A stretch of 64,000 nt of DNA from Terrimicrobiaceae bacterium. GTDB taxonomy: Bacteria > Verrucomicrobiota > Verrucomicrobiia > Chthoniobacterales > Terrimicrobiaceae. Of the stretch, positions 23,257 to 34,937 are shown piece after piece (the first letter of the stretch is position 1; every line of letters starts with the position of its first letter). The stretch covers positions 263,242 to 327,241 of the forward strand of contig JBILCY010000001.1 in assembly GCA_044352905.1 (NCBI GenBank). Direction: 5' to 3'. The translations under genes and the position numbers were made by a program. The notes under the pieces are model-generated. The model saw only the letters and a list, made by a program, of their open reading frames with translations, searched no databases and was not told where the DNA came from.

Positions 23257-25976
23257 GCAAGGAAATCCCGGTTCCCGGGCAGCGTTGGGTGAGTGATACC
23301 GAGCCCGAGCTAGGCCTCGGCATTATTTTAAAAAGTGAATACGGACGCGCGGAAATCTTTTTTCCGGCGGCCGGCGAGCATCGGCAATATGCTCTCGGCA
23401 GCGCTCCCATCCGCAGAGTGAGGTTTCAAGAGGGGGACAAGATTCGCACCCATTCCGGCGAGCCTCTCACGGTCGATTCGATCGGCGATGTTGGCGCCTT
23501 GCTGACTTACCATTGCGGTGGTCGATCGGTGGCTGAGGCCGAGCTTTCGGATTTAATCAGTTTCTCAAAGCCCGAGGAACGTTTGCTGGCGGGTCAGGTG
23601 GATGATATCGAACGCTTCAAACTCCGAGTCGAATGCCTGCAGCGTCGCCGTGTGATGCGCCAGAGTTCAGTCCGAGGATTTGCGGGTGCGAGGATAGACT
23701 TGATTCCGCACCAGATATCCATTGCTGCGGAAGTGGCATCTCGGCTTGCCCCAAGGGTGCTGCTCGCCGACGAGGTCGGTTTGGGAAAAACAATCGAAGC
23801 AGGCTTGATCCTCCAGCGCTTGTATCTCACGGGGCGCGCTTCGCGGATTCTCGTTTTGCTGCCCCCGGCGCTCCTCAACCAATGGTTTGTAGAGATGTTC
23901 CGCCGCTTCCAAATGTCATTCAGCATCTTTGATGAAGAGCGGTGTCTTTCACTTGAAGCGGACGGCGAGAACCCGTTTTTGGACAGCCAACTTGTGATTT
24001 GTTCGATTGATTTTCTTGGATCGAGTGAAAAACGGGCGGCCCAAGCGAAGGAAGCAGGTTGGGATCTTTTGGTTGTGGACGAGGCCCACCACTTGCAATG
24101 GAGTCCAGAGGTTATCGGCGAGAGCTACAAATTGGTGGAATCTTTTGCCAACAAGGTTTCCTCCTTGCTGCTCCTTACGGCCACGCCTCAGCAACTTGGA
24201 ATGGAGGGGCATTTTGCCAGACTCCGATTGCTCGATCCGCACCGTTATGCGGATTTGAAGACCTTTATTAAGGAATCGGAACGTTACAAAGACGTTGCCA
24301 AAGCGATCGATGCACTGCTTTCGGATAAGAAAATCGCGAATGAGTCACTTTTTCGCGGAACCCGCGTGGCCGAGCACTATGAGCAATTCCTTGCCGGTGA
24401 TACCTCGGCAAAAGAGAAGGTTGTCTCGGGACTGCTCGATGAGTTTGGAACGGGTCGGGTGATGTTCCGTAATACACGTGCGGCGCTTTCTGGTTTTCCA
24501 AAACGCAAGGCCCGCTTGGTTCCATTGTCTCCCGGAGAAGATGAGGTGGAGATAAAGGTTCAGTGGCTCATCGAGCTCCTCAAGGAACTCAAAAAACAGA
24601 AAGTGCTCTTGATTTGCTCCTCATCCGACATGGCTGTCGAGCTTCTTGAGCGCTTGCAAAAAAGCATCAAAATCCCGGCAGCCGTATTTCATGAAAAGCT
24701 TACCCTTCTGCAGCGCGACCGTAATGCCGCCTACTTCGCAGAGGAGGAAGGAGCACGCATTCTTGTCTGTTCCGAAATCGGCAGTGAGGGGCGGAATTTT
24801 CAATTCGCCCACCATCTGGTGCTTTTCGATCTGCCCGAAAATCCAGAACTACTTGAGCAGCGCATCGGACGCCTCGACCGCATTGGCCAGACATCAACGA
24901 TTCATATTCATATTCCTTACTTGAAGGATAGCGACTCGGAGATTCTCGCCCGCTGGTATCATGAGGGGTTGGATGCATTTCAAAAGCACCCACATGGGGC
25001 TCCTGTGCTGATGGAGATGTTTCGCGAACGCCTCGATTCCATTTACGCAAACCGCACTGCGGCCGACATCGACTCGCTTATCAAGGCGACAATCGCCGAA
25101 AATAAAAAAATCGCCAAGCGACTCCAGCGCGGACACGACCGGCTTTTGGAACTCAATTCCAATCGGCCGGAGGTTGCCGCTCCGCTTATTGAGAGTATTC
25201 GCAGGCAGGATGTGGATGTTGACTTTGAAGCGTTTTTCATTCGCATGCTCGATCATCTCGGCGTTGAGGTGGAGGAGTTGGGATTGCGCAGCTATCTGCT
25301 TCGTAGCGGGGCTGGTCAAACGGCGAGCCTTCCTGGTCTGACGCCAGACGGTGCGATGTTCACCTTTGACCGTGCGCGTGCACTGGCACGCGAGGATCTT
25401 GGCTTTATCACCCCGGATCATCAGCTTGTGCGAGCCGCATTGGATGCACTCATCGGAGCTGAGACCGGGAATTCCGTTTTTGGCATTTGGAAGTCCGACC
25501 TGTCGAATGCCGTGTTTCTGGAGGCGTATTTCGTATTGGAGGCGGTGGCACCACTTGCTCTGCATGCAGACCGCTTCCTTCCTGCCACACCTCTTCGCGT
25601 GGTCGTGGATCAAGCGCTCAAAGATTGCGGTGACAACGAGGAGTTCCTGTATGCGTCGCTTGAGCGCGGCGATGTCTTTACCTTGCTCGACACGCCAGTT
25701 TTCAAGAAAAAGCACCTGCCATCAATGATCGCCAAGGCAAAAGAAATAGTGGAGCAACGCAAGGAATCACTCATCCAGGCAGCCCGCCAAAAATGCGATG
25801 AGCAATTTACCTCCGAGATAGAGCGGCTTGAGGACCTGCGCACGATCAATAACCAGATTCGGCCTGAAGAGATCGAGGCCTTGGACGCGGGGAGGAAGTG
25901 TTTGATGGAAGCTCTCGATACCGCAGACCTGAGATTGGATTCCCTCAAGCTTGTCTTGAGAATGGCCAACGACTGA
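23253..25976 (+). CDS. rapA: RNA polymerase-associated SNF2-family ATPase RapA (HepA)
   Basis: N-terminal GQRWVSDTEPELGLGII, DEVGLGKTIEAG, DEAHHL, and helicase C motifs (RIGRLDRIGQ). The ATG forms an ATGA overlap with the ABC-F stop. Confidence 0.9.
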   Translation: MSKEIPVPGQRWVSDTEPELGLGIILKSEYGRAEIFFPAAGEHRQYALGSAPIRRVRFQEGDKIRTHSGEPLTVDSIGDVGALLTYHCGGRSVAEAELSDLISFSKPEERLLAGQVDDIERFKLRVECLQRRRVMRQSSVRGFAGARIDLIPHQISIAAEVASRLAPRVLLADEVGLGKTIEAGLILQRLYLTGRASRILVLLPPALLNQWFVEMFRRFQMSFSIFDEERCLSLEADGENPFLDSQLVICSIDFLGSSEKRAAQAKEAGWDLLVVDEAHHLQWSPEVIGESYKLVESFANKVSSLLLLTATPQQLGMEGHFARLRLLDPHRYADLKTFIKESERYKDVAKAIDALLSDKKIANESLFRGTRVAEHYEQFLAGDTSAKEKVVSGLLDEFGTGRVMFRNTRAALSGFPKRKARLVPLSPGEDEVEIKVQWLIELLKELKKQKVLLICSSSDMAVELLERLQKSIKIPAAVFHEKLTLLQRDRNAAYFAEEEGARILVCSEIGSEGRNFQFAHHLVLFDLPENPELLEQRIGRLDRIGQTSTIHIHIPYLKDSDSEILARWYHEGLDAFQKHPHGAPVLMEMFRERLDSIYANRTAADIDSLIKATIAENKKIAKRLQRGHDRLLELNSNRPEVAAPLIESIRRQDVDVDFEAFFIRMLDHLGVEVEELGLRSYLLRSGAGQTASLPGLTPDGAMFTFDRARALAREDLGFITPDHQLVRAALDALIGAETGNSVFGIWKSDLSNAVFLEAYFVLEAVAPLALHADRFLPATPLRVVVDQALKDCGDNEEFLYASLERGDVFTLLDTPVFKKKHLPSMIAKAKEIVEQRKESLIQAARQKCDEQFTSEIERLEDLRTINNQIRPEEIEALDAGRKCLMEALDTADLRLDSLKLVLRMAND

Positions 25977-26057
25977 TCGGCTTTGATTTGTTAAGTCGTC
26001 TTTTTTGTAACGTTTTTCTCGTGGCCAGCGGTCCTTCCGCTTGTGCATGATGGGGCT

Positions 26058-26939
26058 ATGAGTGTGCCGCAAAATACGATTGCGATTGTATACGATTACG
26101 ATCAGACGCTTTCTCCCACCTACATGCAGGAAGAGGCCATTTTTCCAGTATTTGGAATAAACGCGGCTCATTTTTGGGAACGTTGCGCCGCTTTGGTCAA
26201 AAACGAGGGTTACGATCACGAACTGGCCTACATGAAGGTTCTGCTCGACTGCTTGGAGATCGACCGCCCGACCAATGCCCAGCTTCGTGAACTCGGCTCG
26301 CGGCTTACTTTTTACAAGGGTCTTCCTGAGATGTTCGAGGAGTTCCAAAACTCACTTCTTACGCCTGAGCATGTCGCCCACGGGATTACCGTCGAACACT
26401 ACATTGTCTCATCAGGCATCAAGGCGCTCATCGAGGGGAGCCGCTTGGCACCGTATGTGCGCAAGATTTTTGGCTGTGAATTTGCTGTCGATGAACTCGA
26501 TCGCATCACCTTCCCCAAGCGTGCCATTAGCCACACGCAGAAGACCCAGTTTCTTTTCCGTATCAACAAGGGGATGCTCGAGCTGGATCAGGACGTGAAT
26601 GACCATATGGACCCCTCGCTTCGGCCAGTGCCATTTCAAAACATGATCTATGTCGGCGACGGGCCTACCGATGTTCCATGTTTTACGGTGATGCGGAAAA
26701 ATGGCGGTCAGGCTATTGCCGTCTACAATCCCGATGATCCCACGCGCACGAGCTTCAAAAAGTGCTACCAACTCAGTGTGCATGCGGATCGGGTAAAGAA
26801 TATTGCCCCGTCTGATTTCCGCAGTGGCAGCCATCTTCGGTTGTTACTGGAGGAAATGGTGCTGGAAATAGGCAACCGCATCGTCCAGCGCCGCAGGGAG
26901 GACTTGGAGGCGGGAACAGTAAAAGCCCCCAAGCACTAA
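26058..26939 (+). CDS. HAD-superfamily hydrolase (phosphatase-like)
   Basis: Motif I VYDYDQTL (DxDxT), motif II VSSG, motif IV VGDGPTD. Start uncertain (GTG at 26043 is also possible). Confidence 0.7.
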   Translation: MSVPQNTIAIVYDYDQTLSPTYMQEEAIFPVFGINAAHFWERCAALVKNEGYDHELAYMKVLLDCLEIDRPTNAQLRELGSRLTFYKGLPEMFEEFQNSLLTPEHVAHGITVEHYIVSSGIKALIEGSRLAPYVRKIFGCEFAVDELDRITFPKRAISHTQKTQFLFRINKGMLELDQDVNDHMDPSLRPVPFQNMIYVGDGPTDVPCFTVMRKNGGQAIAVYNPDDPTRTSFKKCYQLSVHADRVKNIAPSDFRSGSHLRLLLEEMVLEIGNRIVQRRREDLEAGTVKAPKH

Positions 26940-26955
26940 TTGTCAGGCTGGACTC

Positions 26956-27642
26956 CTAGCCGCCGGCGTTTGACTGGGTGTGGCGAACATCTTTTACCGA
27001 GACGGCATAGATCGTGTCCTCACCGATATTTTTTGCCTGATCGCCGATCCGTTCCAAGGAACGTGCGATAAAGATAAGCTCTAGGAAACCTCGGATTGAA
27101 TCAGGCTTCTGAGGCATGAGCTCGGTGAGAGTCTCTGCAAAGTTGCGGTTGAGTTCGTCCAGTCCCTTGTCACGGACTTTAAGGGTGCGGGCAAGCTCCA
27201 GATCTCCGTCTGTGTAGGCTTTGATGGCATCGTTGAGCATCTCGCCGGTCAGTTGGAAGATCGGCTCGATCCGGCTGATCTCTTCGAGCTGAGGTAGTGC
27301 GGTAAGCTTGCGCGCCCGGCGGGCGATGCCGACGCATTGATCGGCGGCGCGCTCGATGTTCACACTCGTTTTCATCGCGGCGATCACGTTGCGTAGGTCG
27401 CAGGCAAAAGGATGATATCTGAGCATGATGTCCATGCCTTCGGTGTCGATTTGGATTTCGAGGGCATCGATCTCCTCGTCATCGGCAATCACAGTATTGC
27501 ACCAATCCTCATCCCGCTCGAAGAGGCCTTTGCGGGCGTTTTCCAGACTGCGGATGGTGAGGCTGGACATCATGAGGACATCCTTGCGGAGGTTTTCCAG
27601 TGCGTCCTCGAAGTTGGTCAGAATATGTCGTGCAGGTTCCAT
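26956..27642 (-). CDS. phoU: Phosphate signaling complex protein PhoU
   Basis: Two PhoU repeats; last gene of the pst operon. Confidence 0.9.
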   Translation of the reverse strand: MEPARHILTNFEDALENLRKDVLMMSSLTIRSLENARKGLFERDEDWCNTVIADDEEIDALEIQIDTEGMDIMLRYHPFACDLRNVIAAMKTSVNIERAADQCVGIARRARKLTALPQLEEISRIEPIFQLTGEMLNDAIKAYTDGDLELARTLKVRDKGLDELNRNFAETLTELMPQKPDSIRGFLELIFIARSLERIGDQAKNIGEDTIYAVSVKDVRHTQSNAGG

Positions 27643-27653
27643 TTTTTAAAAAA

Positions 27654-28529
27654 TCAACCGAAGCGTCCGGTGATATAGTCCTCGGTTTGTTTGTTGCTGG
27701 GGTTTGAGAAGATTTTTGGGGTCTCGTCGAATTCGACTAGTTTTCCCAAATAGAAAAATGCGGTGCGATCCGAGCAGCGGGTAGCCTGCTGCATGTTGTG
27801 GGTTACGATTACGATCGTAAATTCGCGCTTCAATTCACGGATGAGTTCCTCGACCTTCACCGTGGCAATCGGATCCAAGGCGGAGCAGGGTTCATCCATG
27901 AGCAGAATTTCCGGACGGTTGGCGATCGCCCGGGCGATGCAGAGACGTTGCATCTGTCCGCCCGAGAGACTCAGGGCGCTTTCATGCAACCGGTCTTTGG
28001 CCTCGTCCCACAGCGCTGCGCCCCGGAGACTGCGTTCGACAGTCTCATCGAGAATGGATTTTTTATTCTGACCCGCCACACGCAGGGGATAGACGACATT
28101 TTCGTAAATGGATTTCGGGAAGGGATTGGATTTCTGGAAAACCATGCCCACCCGCTTGCGCAGCGAAATCACCTCGATATGCGGATCGTAAATACTATGC
28201 CCGTTGATGACGATATCGCCGGCGTGCTTGATGTCGTCGATGAGGTCGTTCATGCGGTTGAGGTTCCGCAGCAGAGTCGATTTGCCACATCCAGAGGGAC
28301 CGATAAATGCAGTAACCTGCCGCTCCGGTATATCCAGGCTGATATCGAAGAGGGCCTGCTTGCGTCCGTAGTAGAAGCTGAAGTCTCGGATGCTGATGAA
28401 GTCCGGTCGGGCGTTGGGTGGAGAGGAGTTCACGGTAAGGTCGAGGTCTGTGCGTTGTGCGTAGGTATCTTTAGAAAGCACCGGTAGCGAATTTCTTTCG
28501 AAGTTTTTCACGAATGAGAATGGCTGCAA
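27654..28529 (-). CDS. pstB: Phosphate ABC transporter ATP-binding protein
   Basis: [51 protein letters not shown]. An alternative GTG start near 28481 would reduce the overlap with pstA. Confidence 0.9.
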   Translation of the reverse strand: MQPFSFVKNFERNSLPVLSKDTYAQRTDLDLTVNSSPPNARPDFISIRDFSFYYGRKQALFDISLDIPERQVTAFIGPSGCGKSTLLRNLNRMNDLIDDIKHAGDIVINGHSIYDPHIEVISLRKRVGMVFQKSNPFPKSIYENVVYPLRVAGQNKKSILDETVERSLRGAALWDEAKDRLHESALSLSGGQMQRLCIARAIANRPEILLMDEPCSALDPIATVKVEELIRELKREFTIVIVTHNMQQATRCSDRTAFFYLGKLVEFDETPKIFSNPSNKQTEDYITGRFG

Positions 28530-30132
28530 GGTTTAGGACGATAACGAGGAGGATCAAAAGGAGGGTCGTGGCAAAAACCATCGGTTTTGCCGCCTCCGAG
28601 TCCGGGGACTGAAAGCCCAGATCGTAAATATGGAAACCCAAATGCATGAATTTCCGCTCCAGATGAACAAACGGAAACGAGTCATCGATCGGTAAGCTGG
28701 GGGCGAGCTTTACCACGCCCACCAGCATCAGTGGTGCCACTTCGCCAGCACCACGGGCCATGGCCAGGATGAGTCCGGTGAGAATGCCTGGCAGAGAGGC
28801 GGGCAGGACGATGTGCTGGATGGTCTGCCACTTCGATGCGCCGCAGGACAGCGACCCTTCGCGCATTCCGCGTGTAACGGCAGCCATTGCCTCCTCGGTG
28901 GCGACGATTACCACTGGAACGGTCATGAGAGCCAATGTAAGCGAGGCCCAGAAAATCCCACCTGTGCCGAAGGTGGGGGTGGGGAGGTAGTCGCCAAAGA
29001 AAGCCTTATCTAAATTGCCGCCTACAAAGTAGACGAAGAAACCAAGCCCGAAGACGCCGAAGACGATCGAGGGAACGCCTGCCAAATTATTTACCGCAAT
29101 TCGCACGGATCGAACAAAGAAACCCTGTTTGGCATATTCGCGGAGATAAATGGCAGCCACCACGCCAAATGGCACCACGGCCATACTCATCAGCAGAGTC
29201 ATCACAAAAGTCCCGAAGATCGCTGGAAAAATCCCGCCCTCGGTATTTGCCTCCCGAGGTTCCTCGGAGAGGAAATTCCAGATGTTCTTCACAAAAAGGA
29301 CACACTTTTGTGCAAAGGTGAGTTGGTTGGGCTGGGTGTAGGAAACGATGTCTCCAATAGGGAGATTTATTTCGAGTCCTGTGGGAGTGGTATAAACCAG
29401 CGTGTTGGCAGACTGCTCTGCACGAAGTCTGCGGGCTTGCGCAGCAAGTATTTCGTAATCTGCGTTGAGTTTTGTGATTTCCTCACCTGCCGCTTCGGAA
29501 TTTTTGCCTTTGATGCGCAGATCGTTCAGTCGGGCGTTGATCGCGCCGATGGATTTCTTTTCGATCGTTTCAATCTCATGGCGGCGCACTTCGCAGTCTG
29601 CTACGAGGGCGGCCAATGTTTTAGAAAAAGAAGCGTCGGTAGCGGATAGCGCTTTTCCATCGGTAAGCTTGATTTCCTGTGGGTAACCAAAGGCGATGCC
29701 ATACTCCAAGCGCTCGATTCGGTAGATGTTTTTCGGCTCTGTAATCGATGCAATGTCGGCTTGGTTTGCGAAGGCGAAGTTGATGCCATAGGCGTCTTTA
29801 TTTCCGACATACAGCTGGACCTCTGTTTGGTCTGCGAGCGTTTCTCCATCCGGTCCCAGCACAGGGATGCGTTTGATGCGCTTTTGGACGAGTTCGCCGG
29901 TGATGGTCTCGCCCCCGTTTGGAACAGGATTGGTTATTCCAGGTTTGAGCTGCACCTGGAGCACCCTGTCCGGCCAAAATACAGGCAGGCCGTTGGCAAT
30001 TATAATTCCAAGCAGACCGGCAACCATCAAGAGACCGATGGAGAGCCCCATGGAAGTGAGCCACACGAATGGCTCACCCGGCGCAGCGAGAGTGCGCGTG
30101 AGTTCGTGATCTTGATCGTTTGTTCGCCTCAT
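28471..30132 (-). CDS. pstA: Phosphate ABC transporter permease PstA (long form)
   Basis: C-terminal PstA-type permease core ([25 protein letters not shown]) and a long periplasmic insert after TM1. Confidence 0.85.
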   Translation of the reverse strand: MRRTNDQDHELTRTLAAPGEPFVWLTSMGLSIGLLMVAGLLGIIIANGLPVFWPDRVLQVQLKPGITNPVPNGGETITGELVQKRIKRIPVLGPDGETLADQTEVQLYVGNKDAYGINFAFANQADIASITEPKNIYRIERLEYGIAFGYPQEIKLTDGKALSATDASFSKTLAALVADCEVRRHEIETIEKKSIGAINARLNDLRIKGKNSEAAGEEITKLNADYEILAAQARRLRAEQSANTLVYTTPTGLEINLPIGDIVSYTQPNQLTFAQKCVLFVKNIWNFLSEEPREANTEGGIFPAIFGTFVMTLLMSMAVVPFGVVAAIYLREYAKQGFFVRSVRIAVNNLAGVPSIVFGVFGLGFFVYFVGGNLDKAFFGDYLPTPTFGTGGIFWASLTLALMTVPVVIVATEEAMAAVTRGMREGSLSCGASKWQTIQHIVLPASLPGILTGLILAMARGAGEVAPLMLVGVVKLAPSLPIDDSFPFVHLERKFMHLGFHIYDLGFQSPDSEAAKPMVFATTLLLILLVIVLNLAAILIREKLRKKFATGAF

Positions 30133-30135
30133 GGG

Positions 30136-32421
30136 TTAGATAGTCTTGAATTTATCGCGCAACCGCTGGCGCATGACTTCGGCAACCGTATTCACGGCGA
30201 AGGTGAGGACGAAAAGCACGAGCGCGCCTAGAAACAGGGTTCGGTAAAGCGTGCCATGATGCGGTGCCTCCGGTAGCTCGACCGCAATGTTTGCCGACAG
30301 GGTTCGCATACCGGAAAAAATGTTCCATTCCATGATCGGGGTATTGCCGGTGGCCATTACGACAATCATCGTTTCCCCGACCGCGCGGCCGAGACCGATC
30401 ATCAGGGCTGAAAAAATACCGGCCGAGGCGGTGGGCAGGACGACGCGCAAAGCTGTTTGCCAACGGCTTGCACCACATGCCATCGAAGCGGTGATCAGCG
30501 GCTTGGGCACGTTCGACAGGGCATCCTCGGCAATGGTGAAGATAATGGGTATCACGGCAAACCCCATCATGAATCCCACAACCAAGGAGTTTCTCTGGTC
30601 GTAGCCGGTTCCTGTGACTGCTGGCCACCACACTCGGAAGTCACCGATTTTTTTACCCGTAGATGGATCGGTGGTCACAAAAGCGAGTTGCTCGAATACA
30701 GGGCCGAGGTTCCAAAGAACCGCACCGCTCCCAAGGAGCAGCGGAAGGAAGACCACCCATTCCCAACCAGGATGAATGACTTTTCGAATGCGAATAGGCA
30801 TGCGGCTCCAGATGAACCCAATGAAAATCGCGACGATGGGCAAACAACTCACGACCAAGAGTAGCGATGGCACCTGGGATTCAATGAGCGGAGCGATGTA
30901 TATCGCCGCAAGGAAACCAAGCACCACCGAGGGCAGTGAGGCCATGATTTCCATGACAGGCTTGATCGTCGAGCGGAAGCGGGGATCTAAGAATTGAGAT
31001 GTGTAGAGTGCAGCCAACAAGGCGATCGGTATCGAGAAAACCATGGCATAGAGCGTGCCCTTGATGGTTCCAAAAATAAGAGGGATGAGAGAATATTTAG
31101 GCTCGAAATCATCGCTTCCCCCCGTGCTCTGCCATTCCCATTTTGGAGCGGAGGCGCCTTCATACCAGATTTTCCCGAAAAGGGCATTCCAGCCGGAATC
31201 CGCATGCGGGTCGTTGATTTCAAAAAAATGCAGTGTGTTTTTAGAATCGAGAATGGCGAGGCGCTGATATTTGCCACTGATCACCGCATTTTCCACCGTG
31301 TAGGGGAGCCTCGTTTCCCAGCGGATCGTATCGGTCGTTGAGTATCTCAACGAAACCTCGGAGCCACCACCGACGAGGAATGCTTTGTTGCGAAGCGTGG
31401 AGATGAGAAAAGTCGGGCTGGCTCCCAAGTTTGGAAATGTGTGAGTAAGGCCAAAAACCCGACGATCGCCTCCCTCGGGATAAAAGAGACTGAAGATGCG
31501 ATTCTCTCCGGAATCGCTTCCAAAGGCGATGGAGACATCTCCAAAGATGAACGCAGCCACATTGATCCTTGGGTTGGCCAAGTCTTCAAATGGGGTGAAA
31601 ACCTGCACACTCTTGAATCCACTCTGTGCATCAAGCACCAGGTAGCACACCTGGCCGCTCTCGGTGACAACGATGAGCGAGTCGCCCGTGCCGGGAACAA
31701 GAATTTTTTCGGGCCGTCCAGGAATCAGCGGGGTGACATCGTAGCTGCCGACAACCTCGGCCTTGCCAGTTCCCATGAGGGAGCGCTTACGTTTAAAAAG
31801 TGAGGCGGTGACGGTGTTTGACTCGCCGTCGGACTGGAGCGCGACAACCAGCTTGCTGGTGCCCGAGTCCCCGTAGGCGATGTCGATGATCGGCTTCCCG
31901 GGAATCCCGATTGGAAGTGGCTTCTGGGCTTTCGGATTAAGACTGACCGTCTGGCGACCATCCGATTCAGCCGAGCTGTAGCCAGGAGACACAATGATGA
32001 ACTGCCCATCCGCCGTGCCGAGGATGATCTCCTGCTCGCGTTTGTTTAATACAGCGGCGGTGATGCTTACCTTTTCTTCGCCTCCGAAATCGATCCTCTG
32101 TTCCCTAAATGCAGCGGTTTCAAAATCAACAACTAACATTTTACCATCAGGCTCCATCAGGAACGGCATCGCTCCCCATTCATCGATTCCCATGAGGGAG
32201 TAGGGGATATTCGGCAGCTGCACGCTTTTTGTTTCGCGCACCTCGGCGGGCCTGAAGAGCGGCCAGATCTGCAAGAAGATGAAAACAAAGATACCCAGCA
32301 CCGATGTGATGACCAGTGCGCCGCCGGCTTTGATCAGGACCGTCATGAAGCGATCGACGAAAAGTGTCGATCTGGCTGTCTGGAAGCGACTCTGGTCAGT
32401 GGCGTGCGAGGGCAGTTGCAT
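30136..32421 (-). CDS. pstC: Phosphate ABC transporter permease PstC (long form with ~430-aa extracytoplasmic domain)
   Basis: C-terminal permease core (ASMACGASRWQTALRVVLP) and a large beta-rich region between TM1 and TM2. Confidence 0.85.
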   Translation of the reverse strand: MQLPSHATDQSRFQTARSTLFVDRFMTVLIKAGGALVITSVLGIFVFIFLQIWPLFRPAEVRETKSVQLPNIPYSLMGIDEWGAMPFLMEPDGKMLVVDFETAAFREQRIDFGGEEKVSITAAVLNKREQEIILGTADGQFIIVSPGYSSAESDGRQTVSLNPKAQKPLPIGIPGKPIIDIAYGDSGTSKLVVALQSDGESNTVTASLFKRKRSLMGTGKAEVVGSYDVTPLIPGRPEKILVPGTGDSLIVVTESGQVCYLVLDAQSGFKSVQVFTPFEDLANPRINVAAFIFGDVSIAFGSDSGENRIFSLFYPEGGDRRVFGLTHTFPNLGASPTFLISTLRNKAFLVGGGSEVSLRYSTTDTIRWETRLPYTVENAVISGKYQRLAILDSKNTLHFFEINDPHADSGWNALFGKIWYEGASAPKWEWQSTGGSDDFEPKYSLIPLIFGTIKGTLYAMVFSIPIALLAALYTSQFLDPRFRSTIKPVMEIMASLPSVVLGFLAAIYIAPLIESQVPSLLLVVSCLPIVAIFIGFIWSRMPIRIRKVIHPGWEWVVFLPLLLGSGAVLWNLGPVFEQLAFVTTDPSTGKKIGDFRVWWPAVTGTGYDQRNSLVVGFMMGFAVIPIIFTIAEDALSNVPKPLITASMACGASRWQTALRVVLPTASAGIFSALMIGLGRAVGETMIVVMATGNTPIMEWNIFSGMRTLSANIAVELPEAPHHGTLYRTLFLGALVLFVLTFAVNTVAEVMRQRLRDKFKTI

Positions 32422-32468
32422 CGGCGTTTTGTATTGGGTGCTCCTAGTGTTTCTTTTCTAAAGAAACG

Positions 32469-32494
32469 GCCCCGCCGTCAATCAACGGCGGGGC
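32469..32494 (-). terminator. GC-rich hairpin (10-bp stem) between pstS and pstC; intra-operon attenuator/terminator candidate
   Basis: GCCCCGCCGT-caatca-ACGGCGGGGC. On the minus strand it is followed by CGTTTCTTT. Confidence 0.5.
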
Positions 32495-32524
32495 GCGTTT
32501 TGCTAACCTCTAGGGAAAGAAGGC

Positions 32525-33487
32525 TTAGTTTGCGAGCTTCGAAAGAGCCTCCACCTGTGCCTCATGTGGCATCGGGAAATAGCCATCCTTGATCACCACC
32601 TCCTGACCCTCCTTGGAGAGGACGAATTTCAAGAACTCGTGGGTGAGTTTATCCATTGGAGCGTCAGGTTTTTTGTTCACGTAAACATAGAGAAAGCGGG
32701 CAAGGGGATAGTCGCCGCTCACGCAGTTTGTGTAGGTTGCCTCGATGAAATCCGTGCCATTGGCGGCAAGTGGAACGATGCGCACATCGGATGTCTTGTA
32801 GCCGATGCCGGAGTAGCCAATCGCACCGAGGTCGGTGGCAATTCCCTGAACCACGGCGGAGGAGCCGGGTTGCTCTTTCACAGTCGCCTTGAAGTCACCT
32901 TTGGCAAGCGCCTCATCCTTGAAGAAGCCATAGGTGCCCGATGCGCTGTTGCGACCGAAGAGTGAGATCGGCTTGGCAGCCCAGTCGCCGGTCAGACCCA
33001 GTTGCCCCCATGTGGAGATGTCGGAGGACCCGCTTTTGCGCGAGCTGGAGAAAATGCCGTCCACCTGCTGCATGGAGAGACCTTTGATCGGATTGTCCTT
33101 GTTGACGAATACCGCAAGAGCATCCACAGCCACGGATATCTCGGTGGGCTTGTAGCCGAATTTTTTTTCAAACGCATCGATCTCCGAACCCTTCATCGGA
33201 CGGCTCATCGGTCCGAGTTGGGCTGTGCCTTCAATAAGGGCGGGAGGAGCTGTCGAAGATCCTTTGCCCTCGATCTGGATGTTCACGTTTGGGTAGGCCT
33301 TTTTGAAGCCTTCGGCCCAAAGCGTCATGAGATTGTTCAAGGTATCCGAGCCAATAGAATTAAGATTTCCGGTTACCCCACTCACAGTGGAGTAGGGCTT
33401 GATTTCCGGATCCACAGAGAGTTTTTCAGCCTGCGCTACAACTGAAAGCAAGGTCGCTGTGGTGAGTTGGAGTAAGATTTTTTTCAT
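32525..33487 (-). CDS. pstS: Phosphate ABC transporter substrate-binding protein
   Basis: Signal peptide [20 protein letters not shown], then PstS-type [16 protein letters not shown]...[13 protein letters not shown]. Internal ATG chosen. Confidence 0.9.
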   Translation of the reverse strand: MKKILLQLTTATLLSVVAQAEKLSVDPEIKPYSTVSGVTGNLNSIGSDTLNNLMTLWAEGFKKAYPNVNIQIEGKGSSTAPPALIEGTAQLGPMSRPMKGSEIDAFEKKFGYKPTEISVAVDALAVFVNKDNPIKGLSMQQVDGIFSSSRKSGSSDISTWGQLGLTGDWAAKPISLFGRNSASGTYGFFKDEALAKGDFKATVKEQPGSSAVVQGIATDLGAIGYSGIGYKTSDVRIVPLAANGTDFIEATYTNCVSGDYPLARFLYVYVNKKPDAPMDKLTHEFLKFVLSKEGQEVVIKDGYFPMPHEAQVEALSKLAN

Positions 33488-33623
33488 AGATGAGGAGCAT
33501 AGGCTAAGCAGTCGATTTTGTGTTTTGCCAGAAAGAACTCGGTTTGTTGCGAACATGTAACAGGCCTTGGAAGCGGTGTTCTGGTGGGAAAAGTCAATGG
33601 CTTCCCATGAATGCATGGTTCGG

Positions 33624-34937
33624 TCACGACTTTCCTCTCAAGAGAATGCCTTTTTGATGGATCGGGAGAGTAACGAAAAAAGTGGATCCTTCGCCTGGCG
33701 TGCTTTGCAAGGACACGCTGCCACCATGGGCCATGATGATATTTTTCACAATGGAGAGTCCGAGTCCGGTGCCGCCTTTATCGCGGGCACGGTGTTTGTG
33801 CACTCGGTAAAAACGTTCAAAAATGTGAATCTGGTCTTCCAATGGTATGCCTGCGCCGTTGTCCGTGAAAGCAAGCACGATTGATGACTCGCAGCGCTTG
33901 GCGACAATACGAATTGAAAGGGGATCGACCTCTCCGTGGCGGATAGCATTGGTAAGTAGGTTCCAGTAGACCTGTTCGATTCTCTTAGCATCGACCTCTG
34001 CGAATTCTGCGGCCTCGTCCCATTTGATATCGAAATCGACAGAACCGGAGGCAATGCCTGCTTGCAGATTGGCTAGCACGCCGTCGAAGAGTTCACGCAA
34101 ATTGACGCTCGAAAAATCCAAGGCGTGTCCGCGGCTCTCTACACTTGAAATGGTTAACAGATCCTCTAGCAGCAATGAGAGTCTCTGGACGTTACGATGG
34201 ATCAGGCTAAGAGAGTGTGCCGCCATTTCCGGATCATCGGCATCGCCCTCGATTAGAGTTTCCACAAACCCATTGATGACCGTGAGAGGCGTCCGAAATT
34301 CATGGGATACGTTTGCAACAAACTCCCTCCGTGTTGCTTCCAACGCCCGGATATCGGTTACATCCTGAAATACGACCAATGTCGCCTGGGCTGGGTCTCC
34401 CGATTTTTTGGGCATGGGAGCGATATGAATAGTGAACGTTTTTTTAAAAGAAGGCTCGTTTGGTTTTGAAAATTCCAGCGCTATTTCGAGCTGCTGTTTT
34501 TCACCTGTGCTGAAAGCCGAAGCCACAGCTTGTTCGAGCTCATGGCGGCGAAATACCTCGAGCATCGATCGGCCTAAGGAAGGTTTGGCACCAGCGAGAA
34601 GACTTTGCAGGGCATCGTTGACAAGTGTGATTTTTCGATCCCGGTTCACGATAAGGATGCCCTCCTTCATTCCAGAGAGAATGCTTCGCAGACTGAGCCC
34701 CTCTTCAGCGGATTGGCGATCGAGCTCTCGCAAAAGTCCGGCGATGGTTTGAATGTTCTCGAGAATGGACCGATAAGGAATGTGTCCCATTTGCAGGGGG
34801 GGGAGCGTGAACTGTCCCGCTGCCATTTTTTCGAGGTCACGAGCTATTTTCGTGAGCGGAGCAACGAATCTGGAATAAAGGAATAAAGCGACTGCAAGCA
34901 GCGCTACTGCGATCAAGCTGCCTACTGTGACGCTCAA
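33624..34937 (-). CDS. phoR: Sensor histidine kinase, PhoR-like
   Basis: TM plus PAS-like region, H-box SHEFRTPLT, HATPase (GTGLGLSIV). Adjacent to phoB and pst. Confidence 0.8.
   Translation of the reverse strand: MSVTVGSLIAVALLAVALFLYSRFVAPLTKIARDLEKMAAGQFTLPPLQMGHIPYRSILENIQTIAGLLRELDRQSAEEGLSLRSILSGMKEGILIVNRDRKITLVNDALQSLLAGAKPSLGRSMLEVFRRHELEQAVASAFSTGEKQQLEIALEFSKPNEPSFKKTFTIHIAPMPKKSGDPAQATLVVFQDVTDIRALEATRREFVANVSHEFRTPLTVINGFVETLIEGDADDPEMAAHSLSLIHRNVQRLSLLLEDLLTISSVESRGHALDFSSVNLRELFDGVLANLQAGIASGSVDFDIKWDEAAEFAEVDAKRIEQVYWNLLTNAIRHGEVDPLSIRIVAKRCESSIVLAFTDNGAGIPLEDQIHIFERFYRVHKHRARDKGGTGLGLSIVKNIIMAHGGSVSLQSTPGEGSTFFVTLPIHQKGILLRGKS

Noticed and set aside
25966-26010. A possible terminator after rapA (ACGACT ... 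AGTCGT followed by TTTTTT).
   Set aside because: The stem is only 6 bp with a loop of about 20 nt, which is too weak to call.
28471-32421. Unusually long PstC (761 aa) and PstA (553 aa) as a possible novelty.
   Set aside because: Long-form PstC/PstA with large periplasmic inserts are, to my knowledge, already common in several proteobacterial pst operons. The permease cores are canonical.
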